From Patescibacteria group bacterium (GTDB lineage Bacteria; Patescibacteriota; Minisyncoccia; Minisyncoccales; UBA5738): a DNA stretch of 64,000 nucleotides. A program made the translations under genes and the position numbers. Location of the stretch: contig JAKLGH010000005.1 in the NCBI GenBank assembly GCA_022710775.1, positions 9,260 to 73,259 on the forward strand. Direction: 5' to 3'. Below the pieces are notes generated by a model. The model was not told where the DNA came from. It saw nothing but the letters and a program-made list of their open reading frames with translations, and ran no database searches. Positions 1 to 9,537 of this stretch are shown piece after piece. How positions within the stretch are numbered: the stretch's first letter is position 1; every line of letters starts with the position of its first letter.

Positions 1-1347
1 GAAGTTCGTTCGGCAAACCGGGAAATGTCCGAATTGATCGAGGTTAAGGCGGGATACGAAGAAAAAGAAAGTCAGGATAAACTTAACGAAGCTGAGACCG
101 AGGAATATGTCAGATTTTTGGATAAGTTCAAGCTTGCCGGCGGTTTTCGTTATGAAGGAAAAATAGAGAAAATTCTCGAAAGTTTCGGTTTTCGAAAAGA
201 TGCCTGGACGAGACGGGTAGAGTCCTTAAGCGGGGGGGAGCGGACAAAATTAGCTTTAGCTAAGGTGCTGTTATTCAATCCCAATATGATCGTGCTGGAC
301 GAGCCGACCAACCATTTGGATATCGAGACTATCGAGTGGTTCGAACAGTTCCTTTCCCATTGGAGGGGAGCTATCCTTTGCGTTGCCCACGACCGTTATT
401 TTTTGGATAAAATCTGCGATAAAACCTACGAATTGTCCAAAGAAGGCTTCGAAAAATATTATTGTCCTTATTCGCAATATGTTGAAGAGCGGAAGGCAAA
501 AGTTGAAAAAAAGGAACGGGACTACAAACTGCAGCAGAAATATTTAAAGGAGCAAGAAGTGTTCATCAATAAATTCCGCGCGAAAGCCACAAAGGCTGCC
601 AGTGTTCAGAGCCGGATCAAGATGCTGGACAAGGTCGAACGCTTGGAGCCGCCCAAAAAAGATGTTTCCGATATTAAAGTCAATCTTGATGCGGGCCGGA
701 AAGTTTGTTACAAAGTTATGGAACTCAACCGTTTGTCGGTTGGCGCCCAAGGCCGCCCGCTGTTCCATTTAGACGGGAAGATCGAAGTGGATTGGGGAGA
801 TAAAGTTGGGATCATCGGCAACAACGGTACGGGAAAATCCACCCTGCTTAAAACCATTTTGAGCAGGCAAGACCTGATCAAAGGAACCATTAAGATCCAC
901 GAAAAGATCGTTGTTGGCTATTATGCCCAGGCCCACGAGGAACTGGATCCAAAAAAAACCATTTTGGACGAAGTGGCGTCAAAGATCAATGAAGATGAGC
1001 AAAAGATCCGCCAGGTGCTGGGGAGCTTGTTGTTTACCGGAAAAGATGTCGAAAAAACGATTGGCAGTTTGAGCGGAGGGGAGCGGGCGCGCGTAGCGCT
1101 CGCGGAATTGATCCTCCAGAGAAGCAATCTGCTGCTGCTTGACGAGCCAACCAACCATTTGGATTTGCCGAGCAAGGAAGTGGTGACCAATGTTCTTCGT
1201 GATTTTAACGGAACCGTCTTATTGGTATCCCACGACCGCTATACGCTGAATAATGTCTGCAACAACATCTGGGAGGTTAAAAACAGCATGCTTACGGCCT
1301 ACCCGGGCAACTACGACGATTTTCGCTACCATCAATCGCTCCAGTAA
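1..1347 (+). CDS. ABC-F family ATP-binding protein (tandem ABC domains, no membrane domain); 5' end cut by window edge
   Basis: Frame is open from nt 1, so the ORF-track start at 25 is internal. NBD1 signature/Walker B is LSGGERTKLALAKVLL..LDEPTNHLD. NBD2 has Walker A GIIGNNGTGKSTLLK and LSGGERARVALA..LLLLDEPTNHLD. Confidence 0.85.
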   Translation, partial: EVRSANREMSELIEVKAGYEEKESQDKLNEAETEEYVRFLDKFKLAGGFRYEGKIEKILESFGFRKDAWTRRVESLSGGERTKLALAKVLLFNPNMIVLDEPTNHLDIETIEWFEQFLSHWRGAILCVAHDRYFLDKICDKTYELSKEGFEKYYCPYSQYVEERKAKVEKKERDYKLQQKYLKEQEVFINKFRAKATKAASVQSRIKMLDKVERLEPPKKDVSDIKVNLDAGRKVCYKVMELNRLSVGAQGRPLFHLDGKIEVDWGDKVGIIGNNGTGKSTLLKTILSRQDLIKGTIKIHEKIVVGYYAQAHEELDPKKTILDEVASKINEDEQKIRQVLGSLLFTGKDVEKTIGSLSGGERARVALAELILQRSNLLLLDEPTNHLDLPSKEVVTNVLRDFNGTVLLVSHDRYTLNNVCNNIWEVKNSMLTAYPGNYDDFRYHQSLQ

Positions 1348-1356
1348 AAGAGAAGC

Positions 1357-1385
1357 AAAAACCGGCAGATTTAAGGCCGGTTTTT
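1357..1385. terminator. bidirectional hairpin terminator between convergent genes
   Basis: AAAACCGGC (1357-1366) pairs with GCCGGTTTT (1376-1385) around a 9-nt loop. A/T runs flank it on both strands, just after the ABC-F stop. Confidence 0.5.
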
Positions 1386-1417
1386 GGTTGTGTTAAGCAA
1401 TAAAAAAAGGATGGAAG

Positions 1418-1765
1418 TCATCCTTGTTTTTCTAAAAAGTACAATACATTGCTTGCGGCTATAACCAACTGGTTTGTCGTGAATTCAGGAGATAATCCTT
1501 TTACTCCATCTAAGTGTTTTAAATTTTGGCCAAAATGGATAAAAGCGCATTTTAATGAGGGAGTCTCTCTTTTGTAGAACGCGTCGTTGAGTGTTTTTAT
1601 GTCAGCTACCAAAACCTTGAAATTTTTGGTTATTACGCGGCACATTTTTTCTATTTCTTTTGGATCGTGATCATTTAATAGGGCAATGCATAGCTCGGCA
1701 ACGACTTTGTTTGGTTCGGTCTCCATCCAAGCAGTTATATTTTCAAAGTACTCTTGGTTTTTCAA
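1418..1765 (-). CDS. hypothetical protein (115 aa)
   Basis: Intact ORF with a TTG start 5 nt downstream of GGGAGGA (rc of 1771-1777). No family recognised. Confidence 0.5.
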   Translation of the reverse strand: MKNQEYFENITAWMETEPNKVVAELCIALLNDHDPKEIEKMCRVITKNFKVLVADIKTLNDAFYKRETPSLKCAFIHFGQNLKHLDGVKGLSPEFTTNQLVIAASNVLYFLEKQG

Positions 1766-1798
1766 ATTATTCCTCCCGAATCGCGTTTTGCGATTTTG

Positions 1799-1870
1799 TG
1801 GGCGGTAAGGGATTTGAACCCCTGGCCTACTCGGTGTAAACGAGCCGCTCTGCCGCTGAGCTAACCGCCC
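1799..1870 (-). tRNA. tRNA-Val (anticodon TAC)
   Basis: Hand-folded cloverleaf: acceptor GGGCGGT/ACCGCCC, anticodon stem GCTCG/CGAGT, loop TTTACAC, T-arm AGGGG-TTCAAAT-CCCTT. CCA is not encoded. Confidence 0.9.
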
Positions 1871-2021
1871 GAACGAGACGCTTAGCGTCTCGAAAACAAA
1901 AATAAAGTGAGCCGAAAGATTAAGCTTTTTCGCAGCGTTCAGTGCTGCGGGATATTTATGCTAACAGATAGTATAATTCGTGGTGGGACGCTGAGCGTCC
2001 CTTGTACCACGCTAAGCGCGG

Positions 2022-2103
2022 TGCCCGGGGCGAGATTTGAACTCGCACGAGTTTCCCCACTAGCACCTCAAGCTAGCTTGTCTGCCGATTCCAACACCCG
2101 GGC
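2022..2103 (-). tRNA. tRNA-Leu (anticodon GAG), class II with long variable arm
   Basis: Acceptor GCCCGGG/CCCGGGC, anticodon stem CTAGC/GCTAG, loop TTGAGGT, T-arm GCGAG-TTCAAAT-CTCGC, 13-nt variable arm. Confidence 0.9.
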
Positions 2104-2144
2104 AAGGCATGGTTCCGGCGCCGCCGGACCATGCTCAAAGGTTT

Positions 2145-2516
2145 TTACTTAGAAGCTTCAGGTTTCTTTTTTTCGATCAGTTTGAGCTGGGCGCGTTTTC
2201 CTTTTGCCGTTCTGATGTAATAAAGCTTGGCGCGTCTTACTTTTCTTGATTTCACAACCTCGATCTTGGCGATCATGGGGGAGTGGATAGGAAAGATCTT
2301 CTCGACCCCTATTCCGGAAGCGATCTTTCTGACGGTGATGGTGGCGCCCATTTCTTTATTGTGTTTTTTCGCGATCACCATTCCTTCGAAGATCTGGATT
2401 TTTTCCTTATCTTTATCGGTATATTTCTGGGAAACTTTAACCGTATCTCCGGTATTGATTTCAGGCAAGCCTGCTTTCAAAGATTGTTTTACGAATTCAT
2501 CGATTTGTTTTGTCAT
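2145..2516 (-). CDS. rplS: 50S ribosomal protein L19
   Basis: 123 aa. GDTVKVSQKY..IQIFEGMVIAKKH..ITVRKIASGIGVEKIFPIHSPMIAKIEVV is the typical L19 core. Confidence 0.95.
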   Translation of the reverse strand: MTKQIDEFVKQSLKAGLPEINTGDTVKVSQKYTDKDKEKIQIFEGMVIAKKHNKEMGATITVRKIASGIGVEKIFPIHSPMIAKIEVVKSRKVRRAKLYYIRTAKGKRAQLKLIEKKKPEASK

Positions 2517-2574
2517 ACTTTTTGTATTGTATATTGTATTGGATTTTTTGGTATTGGATTTTTGAAAACTCCTG

Positions 2575-2648
2575 TGGGCGTATCCCGATTCGAACGGGAG
2601 ACCTTTTCGATGTCAACGAAACGCTCTAACCAACTGAGCTATACGCCC
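2575..2648 (-). tRNA. tRNA-Val (anticodon GAC)
   Basis: Acceptor GGGCGTA/TACGCCC, D-arm GCTC-AGTTGGTTA-GAGC, anticodon loop TTGACAT, T-arm TCCCG-TTCGAAT-CGGGA. Confidence 0.9.
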
Positions 2649-2699
2649 ATCGTACATTTTTTGCGCTTTTACGGTCTGTAGAGGCAAGGCTACATTGAG

Positions 2700-2728
2700 A
2701 AAATACCTAATTTTAACTCTTTTGTCAA
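2700..2728 (-). promoter_or_regulatory. candidate sigma70 promoter for tRNA-Val(GAC)/rplS
   Basis: On the minus strand: TTGACA (rc of 2723-2728), 17 nt spacer, TATTTT (rc of 2700-2705), about 45 nt upstream of the tRNA 5' end. Confidence 0.4.
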
Positions 2729-2829
2729 ACTAAATTCGGCTTCAAATGGGCGTGGATGGACTCGAACCATCGACCCCGACTTTATGACCCGAGTACGGGT
2801 CGCGTCATTTTACCAACAACTCTTTTAGG

Positions 2830-3049
2830 TGGGCGTGGATGGACTCGAACCATCGACCCCGACTTTATGATTCGCAGCAACGAATCTCGTCATTTTTTCA
2901 ACAACTCCTTAAGGTGGGCGTGGATGGACTCGAACCATCGACCCCGACTTTATAAGAGTCGTGCTCTGACCGACTGAGCTACACGCCCAGAATATAATAT
3001 TGAAAAAATGACATAAGAGTCGTGCTCTAACCGACTGAGCTACACGCCC
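2830..3049 (-). other. middle interrupted tRNA-Ile(UAU) copy B. 5' half is 3013-3049 and 3' half is 2830-2868; the 144-nt insert contains the intact copy C
   Basis: Same half sequences as copy A. Junction helix pairs 2998-3012 with 2889-2903 (15 bp, one G:U), with a hairpin at 2869-2886. Confidence 0.7.
2915..2988 (-). tRNA. tRNA-Ile (anticodon TAT), intact innermost copy C
   Basis: Canonical 74-nt cloverleaf: acceptor GGGCGTG/CACGCCC, D-arm GCTC-AGTCGGTCA-GAGC, anticodon stem CGACT/AGTCG, loop CTTATAA, variable GGGTC, T-arm GATGG-TTCGAGT-CCATC, discriminator A. Confidence 0.85.
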
Positions 3050-3111
3050 AGAATACACTGTTGGTAAAACGACATAAGAGTCGTGCTCTAACCGACTGAG
3101 CTACACGCCCT

Positions 3112-3146
3112 AAGAAAACCTGGCAGCAAAGCGTCTTGCTGCCAGG
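3112..3146 (-). terminator. rho-independent terminator downstream of ftsH
   Basis: 11-bp stem CCTGGCAGCAA (3119-3129) / TTGCTGCCAGG (3136-3146) with a 6-nt loop, followed on the minus strand by TTTTCTT. It abuts the 5' end of the nested tRNA locus. Confidence 0.65.
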
Positions 3147-3190
3147 GGATCAAATAAAAGCCGTAACGTTTTTACCGCTTCGATTTTAAT

Positions 3191-5053
3191 CTATTTTTCC
3201 TTTTTTTTCAATGATTTTTCGCTTTCCGCTCTTGCGTCTCCGATCAGCGCTTCATACTCTTCTTTTTCAATCGTCTCTTTTTCGATTAACCGCGTTGCTA
3301 CTTTATCCAGCAATTTTCGCCGCTGTTGCAATGATTTTATTGCCATTTCCTGGGCTTCATTGATGAATCTGGCAACTTCGTCGTCGATTTTTGAAGCTAT
3401 TTCTTCGGAATAGTTTCTTTCTTCTCCGAACTCGCGGCCCAGGAATGCCAGTTCCTCCCTTTCTCCGAACGCGATCGATCCAAGTTGCGACATTCCGTAA
3501 ACCTTGACCATTTTTCTAGCCAAAGCGGATGCTTGTTTTAAGTCGTTTGACGCGCCAGTGGTAGTTTCCCCGAATTTGATCTTTTCGGCGACAAAGCCTC
3601 CCAGCAAGGTAGCGATTTCGGCGAGGAATTCCGTTTTAGTCCTGATGCGTTTTTCTTCCATCGGGGTTTTTAGCGTATAGCCGGCAGCCATGCCGCGCGA
3701 AATGATGGAGATTTTCCGGATAGGATCGGTTTTCGGCATGAAAGAAGAAACCAAAGCATGGCCCGATTCATGGTAGGCCGCAATCTCTTTTTCATCCTTG
3801 GTTAAAAGATGGCTTTTCTTTTCCGGCCCAAGCAAGACTTTCTCTATCGATTCCAGGAAGTCTTCCTGGAAGATCTGCTGCTTTTCCCGTCTTGCCGCGA
3901 GAAGCGCCGCTTCGTTGACGACGTTGGCAAGGTCGGCTCCGGAAAATCCGGGCGTTCGTTCCGCCACTTCGCGCATATTAATATCTTTGGCTAAGGGAGT
4001 TTTACGGCAATGGATTTTCAGAATCGCTTCGCGGTCGTTGACATCGGGCAAATCCAGGACAATCCGGCGGTCAAAGCGGCCGGGGCGGAGCAGGGCAGGG
4101 TCGAGATATTCGGGACGGTTGGTGGCGCCTAAGACGATTATGCCTTCCTCGCCTTCAATGCCGTCCATTTCAGCCAAGATTTGATTGAGAGTCTGCTCTC
4201 TTTCCTCGTGTCCGCCGGTTAAGCCAACGCCTCTTACTTTTCCAATACTGTCGATTTCGTCGATAAAGATAATGGCGCGTTTGGCCCGGTGGGCTTGTTC
4301 AAACAAGCTCCTTACGCGGCTGGCTCCAACGCCTACAAACAGTTCAATGAATTCTGACCCGGAGATCGAGAAGAAGGGAACGCCGGATTCGTTGGCAATG
4401 GCTTTGGCCAGCAAGGTTTTTCCGGTGCCGGGCAATCCCATCAAAAGCACGCCGCGGGGGATTTTGGCTCCCATTTTCATGTATTTTTCCGGGTTCTTCA
4501 AAAAATCAATGATTTCGTTCAGCTCTTCCTTGGCTTCTTTTAAACCGGCGACATCATCAAAGGTGATTTTCATTTTTTGGGATCCGCCGGCGCCAAGGAT
4601 CCTCGTTTTTGCTTTTGTGAAATCGAAAGCCTGCATTGCGTTTCCTTTCGCCTGCCTGAAAATCATCATAAAAAGGACGATCAGGATAATAAGGGGAATG
4701 ACCGTTCCAAACAGCAGCGGTCCAAGCCATGACCAGGTGCTGCTTTCCGACGTCGCTTCCAGCTCAACCGAAGACAGCTTTGCCTTGTCCACTCCGAGAT
4801 TATCAAAAGATTGGGATAAGGTTGATTCGACTTCCTTTTCCGAAGTGGCCTTGATTCCTTCCTTGTATGTAACTTCCAAGTTGTTGCCGGCTACTTTTAT
4901 CTTGGCAATCTTTTCTTCGTTGATATCCTTGGCAAGTTGCGTGAGGGAAACCTGTTTTTCCGGTTCGGCCGGCTTGGAAAATAGGGCGAAAACCCCGGAG
5001 ATAACGACAAAAATCACTACTACGATAATTAGGTTTTTTGCAAAATCGTTCAT
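3191..5053 (-). CDS. ftsH: ATP-dependent zinc metalloprotease FtsH
   Basis: Walker [14 protein letters not shown], Walker [10 protein letters not shown], Zn motif HESGHAL. The maximal ORF runs to a TTG at 5125, but the ATG at 5053 gives the canonical MNDFAKN plus TM helix N-terminus. Confidence 0.93.
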   Translation of the reverse strand: MNDFAKNLIIVVVIFVVISGVFALFSKPAEPEKQVSLTQLAKDINEEKIAKIKVAGNNLEVTYKEGIKATSEKEVESTLSQSFDNLGVDKAKLSSVELEATSESSTWSWLGPLLFGTVIPLIILIVLFMMIFRQAKGNAMQAFDFTKAKTRILGAGGSQKMKITFDDVAGLKEAKEELNEIIDFLKNPEKYMKMGAKIPRGVLLMGLPGTGKTLLAKAIANESGVPFFSISGSEFIELFVGVGASRVRSLFEQAHRAKRAIIFIDEIDSIGKVRGVGLTGGHEEREQTLNQILAEMDGIEGEEGIIVLGATNRPEYLDPALLRPGRFDRRIVLDLPDVNDREAILKIHCRKTPLAKDINMREVAERTPGFSGADLANVVNEAALLAARREKQQIFQEDFLESIEKVLLGPEKKSHLLTKDEKEIAAYHESGHALVSSFMPKTDPIRKISIISRGMAAGYTLKTPMEEKRIRTKTEFLAEIATLLGGFVAEKIKFGETTTGASNDLKQASALARKMVKVYGMSQLGSIAFGEREELAFLGREFGEERNYSEEIASKIDDEVARFINEAQEMAIKSLQQRRKLLDKVATRLIEKETIEKEEYEALIGDARAESEKSLKKKEK

Positions 5054-5174
5054 CTTTTCGCCAAAAATCGCAGTCGGTTGATGAATCTTTAGGCGGCCAA
5101 ACTCCTCCCAAAAGATGGTCCGCAACGCGCTGCGAAATATTTGTGACTTGTTAATAGGCTGCGGCTAAAGAGGG

Positions 5175-6026
5175 CTAATCTAGGTCTTTGAGGGACAAAA
5201 ACACTTTATTGTTGGCAATTTCTATTATCCTTGCCTTGATTTTATCATTGATCCGGAAATGTTCAGAGAGGTTTTTGGTCTGATCGGAGCTTATTTGCGA
5301 AACCGGGATAAGGCCTTCGAAGCTTTCTTTGCCGAATTTTACGAATACGCCGAATTCCATGACGCCGGTTATGTCGCAATCAACCTTGTCGCCAATGTTG
5401 AATTTTTTCAACCCTTCTTCGCGCAACTCCATTTCTCCGAGCTTCTCGGATAAAATGATTTCGCCGGTTTTCGGTTTCAAGTTGAGAATCCTGACATTGA
5501 GGTCGGTTCCGATGAATTTTTGGAGCTCTTTAAGTATCTTTTCCGGATCGCCTCCCATAATTTTGGGATAATGCTCGCTGGTAAGCTGGGAAACGGGGAG
5601 GAAAGCCGCCAAACCGGAGATCTTGGTGATCAGTCCGCCTTTGTTGGCGCCAAGCACCTTGATGGTTAGGGATTCTTTGTTGTCCTTTTTGTTCTTTAAA
5701 GAGTCCCAGACGAGCTCGTTGGTTGCTCCCGATACCGATAATTCGATATATCCTTCGTCATTTTCCAGGTTTACGATCTTGACCGAAAGGGGATCTCCGA
5801 CATTCAAATCCTTAAGCCTTTCTTTTATTTCATAAAATTCCCTTCCGTAAACGATGCCGGTGCCGATTGCTCCCAAGTCCAAAAAAAGGGAAGATCTTTC
5901 CTGGACGATTACCGTTCCCTTGACTATCTCTCCCACCTTAGGAGGGTTTAACAAATTGGCGTTTTTTACAGTTTCTTTCATCATATTTGTTTCTGCGGCC
6001 ATGGCCGCATGCCGTCTTGCGCGCAC
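5175..6026 (-). CDS. S1 (OB-fold) repeat RNA-binding protein, short ribosomal protein S1-like
   Basis: Several S1-type repeats (GEIVKGTVIVQERSSLFLDLG.., GDKVDCDITGVMEFGVFVKFG.., INDKIKARIIEI..KVFLSLK). Start is uncertain: GTG at 6026, or ATG at 6002 or 5984. Confidence 0.75.
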   Translation of the reverse strand: MRARRHAAMAAETNMMKETVKNANLLNPPKVGEIVKGTVIVQERSSLFLDLGAIGTGIVYGREFYEIKERLKDLNVGDPLSVKIVNLENDEGYIELSVSGATNELVWDSLKNKKDNKESLTIKVLGANKGGLITKISGLAAFLPVSQLTSEHYPKIMGGDPEKILKELQKFIGTDLNVRILNLKPKTGEIILSEKLGEMELREEGLKKFNIGDKVDCDITGVMEFGVFVKFGKESFEGLIPVSQISSDQTKNLSEHFRINDKIKARIIEIANNKVFLSLKDLD

Positions 6027-6250
6027 CCGTTTCTGCCGTTTGCGCCGCGGCTATAAAAAGAATGTATCTTATTTTGAATTCTTTTTCAAGCCCCGAATAT
6101 GTTTTATATTTTGTCAAATAAATGAAGCGTCTCCGGATAAAAAAATAAGAGCTTGTTTTGTTATTGAGTTTTGGAAATTTCCGTGCTAATCTGAAATATT
6201 GGAAATTGTAATTCCTATTTTTTCTTTTTTAATAAATCCCTAAAACGAAT

Positions 6251-6904
6251 ATGCAAATAATTTGGCACGGTTTATCCTGTTTCCAGATCATTGCCGCCCG
6301 CGGCAAAGGGGAGCATGTTACGATTTTGATCGATCCGCTCAACGAGGACGAAACCGGTTTAAAAACCCCGAAATCCAATGCCGATATTGTTTTGCTTACC
6401 AACAAGCAATACACGGTTACCAATCTTAAAAAAACCGGCGCGCAGGATTCGGCTTTTTTGATCGACGGGCCCGGCGAGTATGAAATTAAGGGTGTTTACG
6501 TGCAAGGAATGGCATCAACCGACAAAGATGGCAAGAAGACGCAGAATACGATATACGCGATTGAAGCTGAAGACATCCAAATCTGCGTTTTGGGCAATTT
6601 AAAACAGGCCGAACTTACCCAGGATCAGATCGAGAAACTCGGACCGATTGATATTTTGACGTGTCCGGTAGGCGGCAAGGAGGCGGCTGGAGCCAAAGAA
6701 GCGATGAAGATCATGACTCAAATCGAGCCCAGCGTCACCATTCCAACCAATTACCAGGTTCCAAAGCTAAAAATGAAGCTCGATCCTCTGCAGGATTTCT
6801 TGAAAGCGGTAGGGGTAGGACCGGTTGAGCCGCTGCCTAAACTGGTTATTAAGAAAAAAGATATTCAGCAAGATAACGCAAAAATCGTTGTTTTGGCGAT
6901 ATAG
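6251..6904 (+). CDS. metallo-beta-lactamase-fold hydrolase (UPF0173-like)
   Basis: 217 aa. The N-terminus MQIIWHGLSCFQI..ILIDPL and overall length resemble UPF0173/UlaG-like MBL proteins. Assigned from memory of the family, not a search. Confidence 0.55.
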   Translation: MQIIWHGLSCFQIIAARGKGEHVTILIDPLNEDETGLKTPKSNADIVLLTNKQYTVTNLKKTGAQDSAFLIDGPGEYEIKGVYVQGMASTDKDGKKTQNTIYAIEAEDIQICVLGNLKQAELTQDQIEKLGPIDILTCPVGGKEAAGAKEAMKIMTQIEPSVTIPTNYQVPKLKMKLDPLQDFLKAVGVGPVEPLPKLVIKKKDIQQDNAKIVVLAI

Positions 6905-6946
6905 CTTCCGATATTCGCCGGATAAATCGGAAAACAAAACAAGACC

Positions 6947-9493
6947 ATGGCAAAATCAAAAGACGATAAAAACAAAAAAAAGGGGCAGCCTGAAGAACCG
7001 TTTGTTGAGACACAAGTGAAAGCTACCGAAATCGTGGAGATCATGAAAGATTCCTACATTGATTACGCGATGTCGGTGATCGTGGCCCGGGCTTTACCCG
7101 ATGTGCGCGACGGTTTAAAGCCCGCCCAGCGCCGGATTTTGTATGTGATGCTTGAGGAAGGGCTGCGCCATAACGCCAAATACCGAAAATCGGCGACGGT
7201 CGTCGGTTCGACTCTTGGCCGCTATCATCCTCACGGAGATATGGCTGTTTATGAAACAATGGTGCGCTTGGCGCAGGATTTTACTTTAAGATATCCGCTG
7301 GTGCAAGGCCAAGGCAACTTTGGTTCGATCGACGGTGATCCGGCCGCGGCCCAGCGCTATACCGAATGCCGCCTGTCGAAAGTAGGCGAGGAAACTTTGC
7401 GCGATATCGAGAAAAATACCGTAAACTTCATCGATAATTACGATGGAACCCGAAAGGAGCCTTCGGTGCTTCCTTCGCCTGTTCCGCAGCTTCTATTGAA
7501 CGGGTCTTTGGGCATTGCGGTGGGAATGGCTACTAATATTCCTCCCCATAACCTGGGAGAAGTGTGTGACGCGCTGACCTACCTGCTTGATAATCCCAAA
7601 GCAACAACCGAAGACCTTTTTGAATTCGTCAAGGGGCCGGATTTTCCGTTAGGCGGAGAGATTTTCGATAAAAAATCGATAATCCAGGTTTATTCCCAAG
7701 GGAAGGGCCCTATTGTGTGCCGGGGAAAAGCGGAAATCGTTAATCTGGAAAAAAATGATCGGTATCAGATACTGATCACGGAAATACCTTACCAAGTCCA
7801 AAAATCAAACTTATTGGAGCAAATAGCCAATCTTGTGGCTGAAAAAAGAATCGAAGGGGTAAAAGACGTGCGCGATGAATCCGACAAGGAAGGAATGAGA
7901 ATTGCGATTGATTTGCATCGAGACGGGCATCCCCAAAAAATCTTAAACCGCCTTTACAAATTTACCGATTTGCAAAGGACTTTCCATTTGAATATGCTGG
8001 CGCTGGTGGATGGCATTCAGCCCGAAGTGATGAATCTGGCGGATGCGTTGAATTATTTCCTGGCTCACCGCAAGGAAGTGGTTATCCGCCGGATCCAATT
8101 CGAGCTGGATAAAGCCAAGGAGCGAGCCCATATTCTGGAAGGCTTGGTTAAATGCCTGGCCGATATCGATGAAGTGATCAGGATTATCAGGAAATCGGAG
8201 AATCGGGACGATGCCAGGGTTAATTTGATGAAGCGTTTTAAGCTTGACGAGGTCCAAGCCAATGCCATTCTTGAAACCAAGCTTGCGGCCCTTGCCAAAC
8301 TAGAAAGGAAAAAGATCGAGGATGAGCTGAAGCAATTGATGGCGATGATCGAAGATTGGTCGGCAACCCTTAAAAGTCCGGCGCGCATCAAGACCGTAAT
8401 GAAAAAGGAGCTTGCTGAAGTAAAGCTTAATTTCGGCGACGATCGCCGCACCAAAGTTCACGCGGGCGGTATCGGAGAGATTTCCGAAGAAGACCTGATA
8501 CCGGAGGAAGAAACCATTATTACCCTTACCAACTCCGGATATATCAAAAGGATCGATCCTAAAACCTATAAGATCCAGAAACGGGGAGGCAAGGGCATCA
8601 TCGGGCTTAAGACCGTGGGCGATGATATCGTTGAGCAGTCTTTGATCGCCAATACTCATGACCGGATCCTGTTCTTTACCGATTCGGGACGCGTATTCCA
8701 GACTTTAGCTTACGAGATTCCAGAAGGTGCCCGCGTCGCCAAAGGGAGGGCGGTGGTCAACTTCCTGGAAATGTCTCCCCAGGAAAAAGTCCTTTACATG
8801 ATGCCGCTCGACAAGAAAGCGGATCCAAAAGCTAAAGCTAAACAAAAAGAAGAAAAGCCGGTTGCTGAAAAATATCTCTTAATTATTACCAAGAACGGTA
8901 TTGCCAAAAAAGCTTCATTGGACGATTTTGACAATATCCGCCGTTCGGGCTTGATTGCCATTACGTTAAAAAAAGACGATTCCTTGAGAAAGGTGTCGAA
9001 AACGACTGGCGACGATGAGGTTTTGATCGTCACCAAGAAAGGACAGTCGGTTAGATTCAAAGAAAGCCAGATACGGCCGATGGGCAGGCAAGCCGCCGGC
9101 ATTAAGGCTATTGGCTTAAAGCGCGGAGATGAGGTTGTCGGAATGGATGTAATACCTTCAAAAGCCAATGAAGCGTCTGGTGAAAAGAAAAAAGACAGGC
9201 TGATTTTAGTCGTGATGGAAAACGGTTACGGCAAAAAGACCAGCTTAAAAGAATATCGCCTGCAAAATCGCGGCGGTTCGGGGATCAAAACGGCGCAAAT
9301 TACCTCAAAGACCGGTGAACTTGTAACATCTTTCGTCCTCTCCGACGAGGAAGAACTGATGATCATATCCAAGAAAGGCCAGGTCATAAGGATTCCGATC
9401 AACGGAATATCAACGCTTTCCAGGCCGACTCAAGGCGTAAGGATTATGAGGCTGGAAACTGGGGATAAAGTGGCTTCGGCCAGTTGTATTTAG
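6947..9493 (+). CDS. gyrA: DNA gyrase subunit A
   Basis: 848 aa. [26 protein letters not shown], active-site region [11 protein letters not shown]-terminal beta-pinwheel repeats. Confidence 0.97.
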   Translation: MAKSKDDKNKKKGQPEEPFVETQVKATEIVEIMKDSYIDYAMSVIVARALPDVRDGLKPAQRRILYVMLEEGLRHNAKYRKSATVVGSTLGRYHPHGDMAVYETMVRLAQDFTLRYPLVQGQGNFGSIDGDPAAAQRYTECRLSKVGEETLRDIEKNTVNFIDNYDGTRKEPSVLPSPVPQLLLNGSLGIAVGMATNIPPHNLGEVCDALTYLLDNPKATTEDLFEFVKGPDFPLGGEIFDKKSIIQVYSQGKGPIVCRGKAEIVNLEKNDRYQILITEIPYQVQKSNLLEQIANLVAEKRIEGVKDVRDESDKEGMRIAIDLHRDGHPQKILNRLYKFTDLQRTFHLNMLALVDGIQPEVMNLADALNYFLAHRKEVVIRRIQFELDKAKERAHILEGLVKCLADIDEVIRIIRKSENRDDARVNLMKRFKLDEVQANAILETKLAALAKLERKKIEDELKQLMAMIEDWSATLKSPARIKTVMKKELAEVKLNFGDDRRTKVHAGGIGEISEEDLIPEEETIITLTNSGYIKRIDPKTYKIQKRGGKGIIGLKTVGDDIVEQSLIANTHDRILFFTDSGRVFQTLAYEIPEGARVAKGRAVVNFLEMSPQEKVLYMMPLDKKADPKAKAKQKEEKPVAEKYLLIITKNGIAKKASLDDFDNIRRSGLIAITLKKDDSLRKVSKTTGDDEVLIVTKKGQSVRFKESQIRPMGRQAAGIKAIGLKRGDEVVGMDVIPSKANEASGEKKKDRLILVVMENGYGKKTSLKEYRLQNRGGSGIKTAQITSKTGELVTSFVLSDEEELMIISKKGQVIRIPINGISTLSRPTQGVRIMRLETGDKVASASCI

Positions 9494-9537
9494 CCCCTAT
9501 TCGGCTAGAATGTATTAAAGCCTTATAAATATTTGCG

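Larger units (their letters stand above)
2747..3110 (-). other. outer interrupted tRNA-Ile(UAU) copy A. 5' half is 3074-3110 and 3' half is 2747-2785; the 288-nt insert in the anticodon loop contains copies B and C
   Basis: The 5' half GGGCGTGTAGCTCAGTCGGTTAGAGCACGACTCTTAT and the 3' half ATAAAGTCGGGGTCGATGGTTCGAGTCCATCCACGCCCA match the intact inner tRNA. A 15-bp helix (3059-3073 with 2804-2818) and a hairpin (2786-2801) sit at the junction. Confidence 0.7.

Noticed and set aside
1907-2152. 81-aa ORF spanning the tRNA spacer
   Set aside because: It overlaps tRNA-Leu(GAG) on the opposite strand, and has no RBS or family resemblance.
2756-2977. 73-aa plus-strand ORF with the internal repeat MDSNHRPRLY x3
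   Set aside because: It is the antisense translation of the three repeated tRNA 3' halves. The periodicity comes from the tRNA repeat, not from a protein.
2747-3110. Regularly spaced 37-39-nt repeats looked superficially like a short CRISPR array
   Set aside because: The repeats are exact 5' and 3' halves of a tRNA in nested (mirror) order, not direct repeats with unique spacers. No cas genes are present in the window.
4185-5081. 298-aa ORF antisense to ftsH. Similar long antisense ORFs occur at 38588-39214, 10595-11269, 8065-8454 and 28919-29422
   Set aside because: These are shadow ORFs opposite well-supported genes. Their composition is low-complexity, with no start signals.
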